Of a stretch of 64,000 nt of DNA, positions 19,872 to 29,589 are shown piece by piece; within the stretch, counting starts at the first letter, position 1, and every line of letters begins with the position of its first letter. The position numbers and the translations under genes are program-made. The stretch lies in the NCBI GenBank assembly GCA_963704645.1, contig OY969926.1, positions 704,001-768,000 on the forward strand. Direction: 5' to 3'. The stretch is from an uncultured bacterium (lineage in GTDB: Bacteria > Patescibacteriota > JACMRA01). The notes below the pieces were generated by a model, which saw only the letters and a list, made by a program, of their open reading frames with translations, was not told where the DNA came from and ran no database searches.

Positions 19872-21869
19872 TTAATAACATCTATACTCCATTAACACAA
19901 TTTTGGTTGGTAAAGAATATTGGTTTTGGTCTGCAGTCCTTTGAAAGAATAGAAGTTGGAAAGTGTGAAGTTTTTTACTGTCTGGAATTGGATTAAATAA
20001 ATTGCTTAACTGATTGCTGTTTGGTTCAGCTAACTGTGAATTTCCTGTAAAAATATTGCTTAAATTGTTTACATTTCCATCATTCCATCTTCTGCATAAA
20101 TATCCACCAAAATTCTCTCTTGCTTTTTCGTTTGAAGGAATAGAATCTGTTAAATACTTTCTCCAGCCCTGTGAATTCATATCGGAAGGAAGCTGTCTTA
20201 CTTGTTCTTCGAAATTAAAATTTGAACCGTTGGTCTTATTTATATCTCTTAATTCAGACTGATACAAATATGGAGCATTAAAATTTTTGTTAAAGACATC
20301 AACTTTTGTTCCGTCTGCTAGCTTTCCAGGAATTACATACCACCCAGAGACTTTAAGTGGTGAAGGGGAAAACATATCCCAACGCTGATTCAAACCTAAA
20401 GTCCAGCCAACTTGGTTCAAAGGCTCTGCAATTTTGTATTCTTTAAAACTTTCACCTACATTCCAAAATAAAATATAAATCAGAAAAAAAGCCGCTAAAC
20501 CTTGCGTAATATACTCTGGAAAATTTAAATTAAACTTCTTATTTGGTTTTAGGGTTTTAATTTCATCTTTAGAAACACATTCATCATCCTTAACATTTAA
20601 TCTAGGGTTAATTGAATCAATGAAATTAGAAATCTTATGTCTGTTTTTAGCAATTATTTCGTACAATTTGTTTCCTAATTTGTATAAAAACCCTTGTTTA
20701 AATACCGGAACTAGCCAGCTAAATAGTGGCCAGCTTTTCCCAACTCTTAGAATAGCATCAAATTTATAGAAACGTTCACCGGTGTTATCTTCTACAATAA
20801 AAGAATCGTATTTCAACATTGCTTCTAAAGTGTCTTTCTTGCTTTGGCCAGAAATTATTACCAAACTGTTTTGTAAGGCACAGGCTGCTGTAGTACAAAA
20901 ACTACATTCTTGATCGTAATAAAATGTTAACTTTTCAGTTGGTTTCATTTTATTAGCTAGCCAATCCCAGAATTTTGAAGGCGTGAAAAGTAAAAAGGAA
21001 ACAACAAAAATATAAGGGAATAAAAATATCTGTAGCCCAAGACCGAAACTAACTAGCATCAAAATAATAATTGGTAAAATAACATTTCTAATTGCTTCAT
21101 TTTTGAAAGGGAAGAAAAGAAGTATTGGCGCAGAAAATTCTATCCAATAAAGCAGTGCCGTAGATAATTTAAGTAGTTCTGGGAAGTTTAATAACCACCT
21201 TCCGAAATCTGTACTTAAATAATTTACTTTCATGGCTATTGCTGAAGCTGTAAAATTAGGCCAAAGCCACTCATTACCAGTTTTTAAAATTGCCGCAAAT
21301 AACAATGTTAATGCTACTTGAACCAGAATTGCTAGGCTGGCAATATTAGATACATAATTTATTTTTTCATCTGAATTTTCTTCTAAAACATCCATTTTTT
21401 TGTTTTTGAATAGTGAATCTAAACTCCAAACTTGCCCTAAATTGAGGAACAAACTCCAAAACATAACTATATGAAATAAGTTGTCTCCGCCTTGCAAAAC
21501 TAGCTCATTTCTATTGTGCAAAGATAATAGTAAAACCCAAGAAATAAAAGTAAATAGTCTGGTCCTGTAACCTAGAACTAGAAACAAGGCGCTTACCAAA
21601 CTAATTAAAAATAACAAAGAAACAAACCAGAATTGACCATTAATATTGTACAACGAAAACCTATTTACATCGGAAAAATATTGCAGCAATGCAAATCTAG
21701 ATAAAATACCTTGATCTGTATAAAAGGCTATTAAATCTGGAATTCTTGAAATTAAATCTATTATAATTAACAACCCAATTCCAATTCTAAAAATGGCCAA
21801 TGATCTATAATCAATTTTGCTGATGTTGGTAAATATTCCCTGAATTCCATTATAAAACCTGCTTAACAT
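19872..21869 (-). CDS. HTTM-domain membrane protein with internal DCC1/DUF393-like thiol-disulfide domain
   Basis: IDYRSLAIFRI, LGYRTR, SLHNRN..GGD, YDQECSFC, QRWDMFSP. Confidence 0.8.
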   Translation of the reverse strand: MLSRFYNGIQGIFTNISKIDYRSLAIFRIGIGLLIIIDLISRIPDLIAFYTDQGILSRFALLQYFSDVNRFSLYNINGQFWFVSLLFLISLVSALFLVLGYRTRLFTFISWVLLLSLHNRNELVLQGGDNLFHIVMFWSLFLNLGQVWSLDSLFKNKKMDVLEENSDEKINYVSNIASLAILVQVALTLLFAAILKTGNEWLWPNFTASAIAMKVNYLSTDFGRWLLNFPELLKLSTALLYWIEFSAPILLFFPFKNEAIRNVILPIIILMLVSFGLGLQIFLFPYIFVVSFLLFTPSKFWDWLANKMKPTEKLTFYYDQECSFCTTAACALQNSLVIISGQSKKDTLEAMLKYDSFIVEDNTGERFYKFDAILRVGKSWPLFSWLVPVFKQGFLYKLGNKLYEIIAKNRHKISNFIDSINPRLNVKDDECVSKDEIKTLKPNKKFNLNFPEYITQGLAAFFLIYILFWNVGESFKEYKIAEPLNQVGWTLGLNQRWDMFSPSPLKVSGWYVIPGKLADGTKVDVFNKNFNAPYLYQSELRDINKTNGSNFNFEEQVRQLPSDMNSQGWRKYLTDSIPSNEKARENFGGYLCRRWNDGNVNNLSNIFTGNSQLAEPNSNQLSNLFNPIPDSKKLHTFQLLFFQRTADQNQYSLPTKIVLMEYRCY

Positions 21870-21916
21870 ACTTTCTTTTTGTTTATTTTTTGCTGCACTT
21901 TTTAATTATTTCTTTT

Positions 21917-21941
21917 TGGTGGTCTCGGTGCGAATTGAACG
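21917..21941 (-). repeat. tRNA-Arg(CCT) 3'-end remnant (att-like)
   Basis: TGGTGGTCTCGGTGCGAATTGAACG matches 16967-16991 at 23/25. Confidence 0.75.
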
Positions 21942-22191
21942 AGCTTCTTTTAGCCATTATACAGTACATTTCTAAGATGGTAAATAGAATAATTGATATA
22001 TTCTTTAGGTTACTATGTTTTCAAGAGTATATTTGGATGAGTTTATCATTGAAACCTTTAATACATCATTCTATTCATTTTTTTTATAAACTATTATCAG
22101 ATAAATGTCGTAAATGAACTATCGCATCTGTTGTTTTTAAATGCTAGTTTATGTTTGACAACATATTGCCCTGTATCCACCATTTAACATT

Positions 22192-23130
22192 ATGGATGCT
22201 TTATCAGCTAAACAAGTTGTAAAAAAATACGATAACGGTGTGCAGGCCTTAAAAGGGGTGGACTTAATAATTCCAGAGGGCTCGTTTTATGCATTATTGG
22301 GTGCAAATGGGGCAGGGAAGACTACTTTAATAAGTATTGCTTCTTCTCTACAACGTAAAACTAGCGGTGAAATTAGCATATTTGGAAACAATTTAGATAC
22401 CAATCCTAACAAAGCTAAACAATTTATTGGTTTAGTTCCTCAAGAATTTAATTTCAGTATTTTTGAAAAAGTAATAGATATTGTTGTTTGGCAAGCCGGA
22501 TATTTTGGAATTGAAAGAAAAGAAGCCTTAAAAAGAGCCGAAGAGGTTTTAACCCATCTAGAACTTTGGGATAAAAGAGAAGAATATTCTAGAAACTTGT
22601 CTGGGGGAATGAAGAGACGTTTACTAATTGCCCGGGCGTTAATGCACAAACCAAAACTTCTATTTTTAGACGAACCAACTGTGGGAGTAGATGTTCAGCT
22701 TAGAATTGGAATGTGGAATTATTTACGAAAACTTAACCAAGAAGAGGGTGTTTCTATTTTACTAACAACTCACTATCTAGAAGAAGTAGAGCAAATGTGT
22801 CAGCGTGCAGCAATTATAAAACAAGGCGAAATTATTCTTAACGATTCCGTTTCCAATTTATTAAAAACCTTAGACTCAGAAATTTATACAGTAGAACTGC
22901 AAGACGTAAACCAGAAAATAGATTTTAAAGATTTCAAAGTGCAGAATAATTCAACTGAAGTAGCTAGTTCTGTTTCAATGGCTAATCAAAATAATTTTGA
23001 AATTGTAATAGATAAAACTCATAACTTAAATCAGTTAATGCATTTATTTGATAGTCAAAACATTAAAATTGCTGGCATAAGACCAAAAGGTAACCGTTTG
23101 GAGGAATTATTTTTAAGCGTAACCAAATAA
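22192..23130 (+). CDS. ABC transporter ATP-binding protein (YadG-like)
   Basis: GANGAGKTT, LSGGMKRR, LFLDEPT, LTTH. Confidence 0.92.
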   Translation: MDALSAKQVVKKYDNGVQALKGVDLIIPEGSFYALLGANGAGKTTLISIASSLQRKTSGEISIFGNNLDTNPNKAKQFIGLVPQEFNFSIFEKVIDIVVWQAGYFGIERKEALKRAEEVLTHLELWDKREEYSRNLSGGMKRRLLIARALMHKPKLLFLDEPTVGVDVQLRIGMWNYLRKLNQEEGVSILLTTHYLEEVEQMCQRAAIIKQGEIILNDSVSNLLKTLDSEIYTVELQDVNQKIDFKDFKVQNNSTEVASSVSMANQNNFEIVIDKTHNLNQLMHLFDSQNIKIAGIRPKGNRLEELFLSVTK

Positions 23131-23145
23131 ACATTATACAAATTT

Positions 23146-23952
23146 ATGTCCGATAATTCAAATTCATCTTCTAGTATTAGCAAACCATCAATTTCTTGGG
23201 TGGCCTTCACCACAATTGTAAGAAAGGAAGTTGTGCGTTTTATGCGTATTTGGGGGCAAACAATTTTACCACCAGCAATTACTCAAAGTTTATATTTCTT
23301 AATTTTTGGAACAATTATTGGCTCTCAAATTAGTGCAATTAATGGCCTTTCCTATATGCAATTTGTGGTTCCAGGTATTATTATGATGTCTATTATTACC
23401 AATAGTTATGCAAATGTTTTAAGTTCGTTTTTCGGTGCTAAATTACAAAAATATGTTGAAGAAGTTTTGGTTTCGCCAACTCCTAATTGGGTTGTTATGT
23501 CTGGATATGTAGGCGGGGGAGTTTTACGTGGAATGTTGGTTGGCTTGGTTGTGTTTATTGTTTCATTCTTTTTCACTTTACCAAAGGTTGAAAACCCAGC
23601 TTTAGTAATATTTTTTAGTTTACTTACAGCTATAGTTTTTTCTTTAGCCGGTTTTATGAACGCTATTTTTGCCCAAAAGTTTGATGATCTTTCTATTATT
23701 CCAACTTTTATTTTAACACCATTAACTTATTTAGGAGGAGTATTTTATTCTATAAAAAGCCTTCCAAGCTTCTGGAGCGATGTAGCCAAGTTTAACCCAA
23801 TTGTTTACATGGTAGATGGTTTTAGAGCAGGTTTTTACGGAACCTCAGATTTCCAAATTTGGTACAGTGCCACACTTTTAATTATAGTAGCTGCAGTTCT
23901 ATCCTTCGCTAACTTATATTTAATGAGGAAAGGAATTGGAGTTAAGAATTAG
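23146..23952 (+). CDS. ABC-2 permease (YadH-like)
   Basis: RIWGQTILPP, SYMQFVVPG, PLTYLGGVFYS, NPIVYMVDGFR. Confidence 0.92.
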   Translation: MSDNSNSSSSISKPSISWVAFTTIVRKEVVRFMRIWGQTILPPAITQSLYFLIFGTIIGSQISAINGLSYMQFVVPGIIMMSIITNSYANVLSSFFGAKLQKYVEEVLVSPTPNWVVMSGYVGGGVLRGMLVGLVVFIVSFFFTLPKVENPALVIFFSLLTAIVFSLAGFMNAIFAQKFDDLSIIPTFILTPLTYLGGVFYSIKSLPSFWSDVAKFNPIVYMVDGFRAGFYGTSDFQIWYSATLLIIVAAVLSFANLYLMRKGIGVKN

Positions 23953-24071
23953 TCAAGAGTAGATTTGAACTAGCATTTTGATCTTACAGTAAACCAATTA
24001 AAATATACTTGCAAAACTTAAATTTTTATGCTTATATAAAAAAGGAAATTTTATTTTTTTGTGAGGTTACT

Positions 24072-24506
24072 GTGGCTAAGACTAAAACTAGATTGAGTTT
24101 TTCTGATTTACTAGTTGGTGAAGATTGCTCTATTACTGTTAAAGAAACAGAAAATAAAGTAAAAAGCACAACAATTGATGTTGTCGCCAAGGTTTTAAAT
24201 TGCGATTATTGGGATTTACGGCTTTGGGAAGAATTTTTAGATCATCAGGTAGCAGAAAATGGAATTATTTCCCATCCAGTTACTCTTGAAAAATATTATG
24301 TTAGTGGTGTTTATCTTGTTGGAATTATTCCATGCAAATACAACTTGCTAACTGAGTTGCGAAACAGCGAGATTTCTTTTCCAGACAAAGAATTTAAGGT
24401 AGAAGTTGGATTCCAGCTCTTCCTTAATACCAAGAAGCTAGAGCTAATGGAACAACGCTTCCAAATTGCTAATAAAGTTTTAGAAGCAGAAGAAGATTTC
24501 TATTAA
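24072..24506 (+). CDS. Orphan cassette protein (~144 aa)
   Basis: The track TTG at 24009 is the -35 box; GAGGT precedes GTG 24072; hairpin CCCTCGG-CTGA-CCGAGGG follows. Confidence 0.55.
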   Translation: MAKTKTRLSFSDLLVGEDCSITVKETENKVKSTTIDVVAKVLNCDYWDLRLWEEFLDHQVAENGIISHPVTLEKYYVSGVYLVGIIPCKYNLLTELRNSEISFPDKEFKVEVGFQLFLNTKKLELMEQRFQIANKVLEAEEDFY

Positions 24507-24562
24507 AAACAAACCCCTCGGCTGACCGAGGGAAATTTCTTTGTGAAATTAGTTTTGTTAAA

Positions 24563-24979
24563 CTATTTGGATTTTGGTTTTTTAGCACCGTATTTACTTC
24601 TACTACCCATTCTTTTCTGAACTCCTGCAGTGTCTAACTTACCACGTACAATATGATATCGTACACCAGGTAAATCTTTTACTCTACCACCTCTAATTAA
24701 AACAACGCTGTGTTCTTGTAAGTTGTGGCCAATACCAGGAATATAGGCAATTACTTCCATTTTATTAGAAAGCTTAACTTTAGCTACTTTTCTAACAGCA
24801 GAGTTAGGTTTCTTAGGTGTAGTTGTGTAAACTTTAGTACAAACTCCTCTTTTGAAAGGTGAGTTATTGTTTACAACAGACTTAGTGTTATTGTTCCAAG
24901 AAATACCCATTGCTGGAGACTTAGTTTTGGTAGTGGTTTTAAGTCTAGGTTTTCTAATTAATTGATTAATTGTAGGCAT
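24563..24979 (-). CDS. rpsL: 30S ribosomal protein S12
   Basis: [26 protein letters not shown]. Confidence 0.98.
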   Translation of the reverse strand: MPTINQLIRKPRLKTTTKTKSPAMGISWNNNTKSVVNNNSPFKRGVCTKVYTTTPKKPNSAVRKVAKVKLSNKMEVIAYIPGIGHNLQEHSVVLIRGGRVKDLPGVRYHIVRGKLDTAGVQKRMGSRSKYGAKKPKSK

Positions 24980-25001
24980 ATGAAATGTGTTTATTTTTAA
25001 T

Positions 25002-25454
25002 TTAGATTACTTCAATCATTTGTGCACCATTTGTAAAGTTATGATTAGCCTTAAAAATGTGAACTCTGTTGTTCATTCTAAGGTCTTGGTGTCTGTTTTT
25101 TGGTAACATTCCTTTAATAGCTTTGTACAAAGGTACGGTTGAATCTTTAGCCATTTGTTCTGGGAAAGATGTAATTTTTAAACTACCAATTCTGCCAGAG
25201 TGTCTGAAATAATTTTTCTTTATGGCTTTTTGACCGGTTAGAACAATTTTATCTGCATTTATTATAACTAGTATTCCACCCATGTCAACATCAGAGGCGT
25301 AGCTGGCTAAGTTTTTACCAGTTAATAAGTTAGCAGCCTTAGAAGCTAATCTTCCTAGGGGTTGTTTAGAGGCGTCTAAAATATACCAAGATCTTTGTAA
25401 TCCAGTTTTAGTTGGTCTTGTAGTTTTGGTTTTATTCATTAAAGCAATGGACAT
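25002..25454 (-). CDS. rplM: 50S ribosomal protein L13
   Basis: [27 protein letters not shown]. Confidence 0.96.
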   Translation of the reverse strand: MSIALMNKTKTTRPTKTGLQRSWYILDASKQPLGRLASKAANLLTGKNLASYASDVDMGGILVIINADKIVLTGQKAIKKNYFRHSGRIGSLKITSFPEQMAKDSTVPLYKAIKGMLPKNRHQDLRMNNRVHIFKANHNFTNGAQMIEVI

Positions 25455-25465
25455 ATAATTATAGT

Positions 25466-25831
25466 TTATTGGTTATCAGATACAATTTGTACAACACTTT
25501 GATCTAATGTGTGGAAGTTATCTGCAAGGTGAAATTGTCTTGTATATCCAGAATTTCTTGTTTGTAATTTAGGAATTACATCTTCTAACATTTTTCTACT
25601 TACAGCTTCGGAAAAGTATTGACGTAGGTATTTGAAAGCTAGTTCTTTATTTTCTCCTGCTTTTTTACAGTTGGTTACTAATCTATCAAATTTTGGTCTG
25701 AACCATTTGGCTCTGGTTGTAAAAGTTATAATTTGACCGCTTTGAATTAATCCAGATGAAAGATCTGTCCAAAGTCTTTTTCTTTCTTCAGTTGTTCTTT
25801 TAAATTTCTTGGTTGTTTTAAGATGGCGCAT
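25466..25831 (-). CDS. rplQ: 50S ribosomal protein L17
   Basis: MRH..., I.T...RAK, RNSGYTR. Confidence 0.9.
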   Translation of the reverse strand: MRHLKTTKKFKRTTEERKRLWTDLSSGLIQSGQIITFTTRAKWFRPKFDRLVTNCKKAGENKELAFKYLRQYFSEAVSRKMLEDVIPKLQTRNSGYTRQFHLADNFHTLDQSVVQIVSDNQ

Positions 25832-25857
25832 AGAATTTCTATAAAATTTTCTTTATA

Positions 25858-26319
25858 CTATTTAGTTTCACTAGTTTCAGCTTTTTTAACAGTTGTAGCC
25901 TTTTTAACTACAGCTTTCTTTTCAACTTTAACTGCTTTTTCTTTTACTTCTGCTGGTTTAACTGTTTTTGTAGCTTTTTTTTCTGGCTTTGTTTCTTCTA
26001 TATTAACTTCTTCTTTTACAGCCTTTTTGACTGGCTTAACAATTCCACCTTCAACTTGTAATTCAGTTAAATAACTCCTATGACCATACTGTCTATGATA
26101 GTTAGATTTAGATTTGAATTTAACAACTCTAATTTTTTCACCTTTTAAGTGTCTTAATACTGTGGCTTTTACAGCTTTTAAGCCTGCGTTTTCGCCATAA
26201 GCATGAATTAAATTTAACTCTACTGTAGAAGATAATTCTGCTTCTAATCTATCTACTAAAAATTTTTGACCTAATTCTAAAACATATTGCTTAGATCCTG
26301 ATTGTACAACTAGTGACAT
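25858..26319 (-). CDS. rplU: 50S ribosomal protein L21 with Lys-rich tail
   Basis: SGSKQY, KGEKIRVVKFK..Y.R..GHR..T. Confidence 0.93.
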   Translation of the reverse strand: MSLVVQSGSKQYVLELGQKFLVDRLEAELSSTVELNLIHAYGENAGLKAVKATVLRHLKGEKIRVVKFKSKSNYHRQYGHRSYLTELQVEGGIVKPVKKAVKEEVNIEETKPEKKATKTVKPAEVKEKAVKVEKKAVVKKATTVKKAETSETK

Positions 26320-26332
26320 ATATATAATTTGA

Positions 26333-26800
26333 TTAACTTATTTCTAATATTTTTACTTTATAAGTTTGTTTATTCTGATTAAAAGATATTTCTTGATTAA
26401 CGCTTTTACCAATAATGGCTTGTGCTAAAGGTGATTCATTGCTAATTTTATCGTCCAAAGCATCTGCTTCAGAAGAACCTACAATGTGTAAATTAAAATT
26501 TCTGTTAGTATCTAAGAAAGTAATTTTAACCTTACTCCCAATTCTTACAGTTGTACTTGAAGCTAAACTTTTTTCTTCAATTATTATGTAGTTAGCAAGA
26601 ACTTCTTCAATTTCATTTTTTCTTCCCATTAATTTATCATGCTCTTCTTTTGCTGAATCCAAAGAGGCATTTTCTGAAAGGTCACCCTCTGCAATAGCTT
26701 TATTTACTGCATCTAAAATTTGTGGGATCTTAGTTTCATTAAGAGTTAGTAGCTCTTTTTCTAGATCTTTTAATCCTTTTTTACTTAAGTAGTTAGACAT
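26333..26800 (-). CDS. greA: Transcription elongation factor GreA
   Basis: EGDLSENA, IVGSSEAD, ISNESPLAQAIIG. Confidence 0.95.
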   Translation of the reverse strand: MSNYLSKKGLKDLEKELLTLNETKIPQILDAVNKAIAEGDLSENASLDSAKEEHDKLMGRKNEIEEVLANYIIIEEKSLASSTTVRIGSKVKITFLDTNRNFNLHIVGSSEADALDDKISNESPLAQAIIGKSVNQEISFNQNKQTYKVKILEIS

Positions 26801-26870
26801 CCGCTCTGTTTATCAAAGAAAATGTACAGTGTCTTGTCAAGATAAAACAGATGTGGTAGTATGATAGAGC

Positions 26871-27938
26871 ATGACTAAAATTATTACAACACTAGGTCCT
26901 TCAAGTCAGACCGTAGATATACTAGATTATTTCGCAAAGCATTCAGTAAGTATTGCTAGACTTAACTTTTCACATAATGTAGCTAGCTGGCATATAGAAA
27001 TTGGAAAAATGGCTAGGGAAGCAGGGATGGAGCTTTTAGTAGACTTAGCTGGACCAAAAGTTTTGGTAGGAGACTTGGAAAGTCCTGTTGAACTTCAAAC
27101 TGGAAGTAGAGTTATTATTTACGAAGAAAAGCTAGAGAAAAACACCCAGTTTTGGTACAAACAAGAAGGCGCTGCTTTAACTACATTGCCTTGCATGTTT
27201 AGCATTCAAAAGTTTGTAGATCCAGAAAAAACTGTTCTTATTGATGATGGAAAAATTAAGCTGAAAGTAGACAAAATATATGAAGATCACATTGTATGCG
27301 ACGTTGAATTCGGAGGGTTTGTGAAAAACCACAAAGGTATTAACTTGCCAAGTAGTCACGTAGCTATTCCTTTCTTGGTTGATAGAGATATTCAGCTTTT
27401 AACAGAAGTACTGCCTGTTTTACAGCCTGAATACGTTGCTCCAAGTTTTGTTCAAAATGCAAGTCAGTTAGAAGAATTAAATAGTTTTATTAAACAGGTT
27501 TTAGATAAAGCTGGTGTGACAAATTATTTCCCTAAAATTTGTACTAAATTAGAAATGGCTAGTGCTGTGCATACCGATATGTTGTCTACAATAATTGATA
27601 TGTCAGACATGTTAATGATTGCCAGAGGAGATTTAGCATTAGAAGCTGAGCCTATTAACTTGGCAGTTCCATTTTACCAGGAAAAAATTAAACAAGTTTG
27701 CAGAAAAGCTGGTAAACCATTTATTGTGGCTACTCAAATTTTAGAAAGCATGATGAGCAACCCAGTTCCTACCAGGGCTGAAATAAGCGATTTATACAGG
27801 GCTGTAGTTATTGATGAAGCAGATTATGTAATGCTTTCAGGTGAAAGTGCTGCAGGCCAATTCCCAGTACAGTGTGTTAATTTAATGCATCAAATGATTA
27901 CTGAATCAGACGATGTTGCCAAGAAAATTTTGGAATAG
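26871..27938 (+). CDS. pyk: Pyruvate kinase (short, no C-terminal domain)
   Basis: TKIITTLGP, ARLNFSH, MIARGDL, ATQILESM, PTRAE, VMLSGESA. Confidence 0.93.
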   Translation: MTKIITTLGPSSQTVDILDYFAKHSVSIARLNFSHNVASWHIEIGKMAREAGMELLVDLAGPKVLVGDLESPVELQTGSRVIIYEEKLEKNTQFWYKQEGAALTTLPCMFSIQKFVDPEKTVLIDDGKIKLKVDKIYEDHIVCDVEFGGFVKNHKGINLPSSHVAIPFLVDRDIQLLTEVLPVLQPEYVAPSFVQNASQLEELNSFIKQVLDKAGVTNYFPKICTKLEMASAVHTDMLSTIIDMSDMLMIARGDLALEAEPINLAVPFYQEKIKQVCRKAGKPFIVATQILESMMSNPVPTRAEISDLYRAVVIDEADYVMLSGESAAGQFPVQCVNLMHQMITESDDVAKKILE

Positions 27939-28076
27939 TATTTTTGGAATAGTAAGTTTGATTTTAATAAGCATAAACTAAAGTACTAGTTTTAGGTTTA
28001 AGTATATTTTATTTGCTCCTTGTTTCTTAATATCATAAACTGAAATATCAATTACAAATATTCATTACAATTACAT

Positions 28077-28796
28077 ATGCCTAAATTACAGTTAAAATTA
28101 GTAGACAGACAGTTGGTAGGTGATCAAGTTTACTTAATAATTTTTCATACTCAGCAGTCTTTCGCATACAAACCAGGTCAGTTTCTTAGCTTTAAAATAG
28201 CTGAAGGTGTAGTTCGTTCTTACTCTATACTAGAGCTATCAAAACAATCATCCTTCTTTAATTCTAGTAATATTTCTTCTCATTCAGATTCTAGTTTTAT
28301 AAGCTTTATTATTAATACTAAACAGTCTGGGCTTGGCTCTAGTTTTATGGAACAGTCTGCAATTGGTACTGAAATTGAAGCAATAGGTCCTGCTGGTAGA
28401 TTTAGTATGCAAGACACGCCTTTAAATAAGGTTTTTGTTTGTACGGGAACAGGTCTAGCCCCTTTCGTGCCTATGATTAAGGTCTTGCTTTCAAATAAAG
28501 TTCCTTGTAAAATTGATTTGTATTTTGGAGCAAAAACCTCTAAAGATAAGTTTATTGACCGCTTTTTTTCACAGGAAGAACTTTCTAAAATTAGTGTTTA
28601 TACAAGTCTAAGTGCCGAAGAGCCTGGTATTGGAGAGTACAAAGGTTTTGTAAACGATGCTATTTCGTCCAATATTGAAGAATTTAAAACTCAAGAATTT
28701 TATTTATGTGGAAACCCACTCATGGTTGAATCGGTTAGAAATATGTTGGAAGAGAGAGGTGCTGATAAAATTTATTTAGAAAAATACAGCTTATAG
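28077..28796 (+). CDS. FAD/NAD(P)-binding oxidoreductase (FNR family)
   Basis: PGQF, RSYS, GP.G.F, GTGLAP, YLCGNP.MV. Confidence 0.88.
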   Translation: MPKLQLKLVDRQLVGDQVYLIIFHTQQSFAYKPGQFLSFKIAEGVVRSYSILELSKQSSFFNSSNISSHSDSSFISFIINTKQSGLGSSFMEQSAIGTEIEAIGPAGRFSMQDTPLNKVFVCTGTGLAPFVPMIKVLLSNKVPCKIDLYFGAKTSKDKFIDRFFSQEELSKISVYTSLSAEEPGIGEYKGFVNDAISSNIEEFKTQEFYLCGNPLMVESVRNMLEERGADKIYLEKYSL

Positions 28797-28833
28797 TAAA
28801 AAGCTAGATAATAAATTACAAATCTGTTGTACT

Positions 28834-29496
28834 TTATCCAACATCAATACTACTTACATCGCGTAACCTAATAGATTCCAAAGTGTCTGGATTGTAGGAG
28901 TTGTATATTAAAGCAATCAGTTGTTCTGTGCTTAAAATATCAACTTTCAAGTCAAGGCCTGCGAAAGATCCTGCAACTTTATCTACTCTAGACATCAGTA
29001 ACTTTCGGTTTCTAATAAAGTCTTCTTGTTTTTGTTTAATAATTCTTGTTGGGTTTAAGGCTCTGAAAAATCTTCCAAACAAACCGTCCTTCAAACTAAC
29101 AGGTTCGTAACCAACAATTACATAAAAATCTTTGTTCATAATGTTAATTGTAGACAACATTTCTTTAATGTATTCAATGTATTCCTGCATTTTTGCACGA
29201 AGTAAATCATTGGTTTGAGTATCTTCTAATTGCTTTAATTTCTCTATATAAGGGTTTAAATCAAGTTTTCTACTTTGAACTAAAATTTGTATTGGAAATT
29301 CTAAAGAGTTTAATACACCTTGGAAAGTGCCAATAATCATATCTTTTTCTTCTGAACTTTTTAAAGCAAAGTTGGCTGAAGATACCGCTAAAACAGCTCT
29401 CATCTGACCTTCTCTTAAAAGTATAGTTGCGTCTCTAATTTCGCTTACTTCCACAAAACCTAAGGTTGAACTTTTGGTAGTTTGATTATTTGCCAT
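28834..29496 (-). CDS. TraC/VirB4-associated conserved protein typical of Patescibacteria
   Basis: ST..FV.V.EIRD, RAVLAVSS.NFALKS.EE, LNSL.FPIQI..QSR.LD; family recognised from memory. Confidence 0.65.
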   Translation of the reverse strand: MANNQTTKSSTLGFVEVSEIRDATILLREGQMRAVLAVSSANFALKSSEEKDMIIGTFQGVLNSLEFPIQILVQSRKLDLNPYIEKLKQLEDTQTNDLLRAKMQEYIEYIKEMLSTINIMNKDFYVIVGYEPVSLKDGLFGRFFRALNPTRIIKQKQEDFIRNRKLLMSRVDKVAGSFAGLDLKVDILSTEQLIALIYNSYNPDTLESIRLRDVSSIDVG

Positions 29497-29589
29497 TCAC
29501 TATTATTTTAATAGTCAAAACAGTTTTTGACAAGCATATTTTTGTAAACTACACTGTGGTAGTATAATTACTTTGTAAATTATTTCTGT

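Noticed and set aside
21890-22117. 75-aa ORF on the plus strand
   Set aside because: TTG start without signals, overlaps the tRNA remnant, no recognisable protein features
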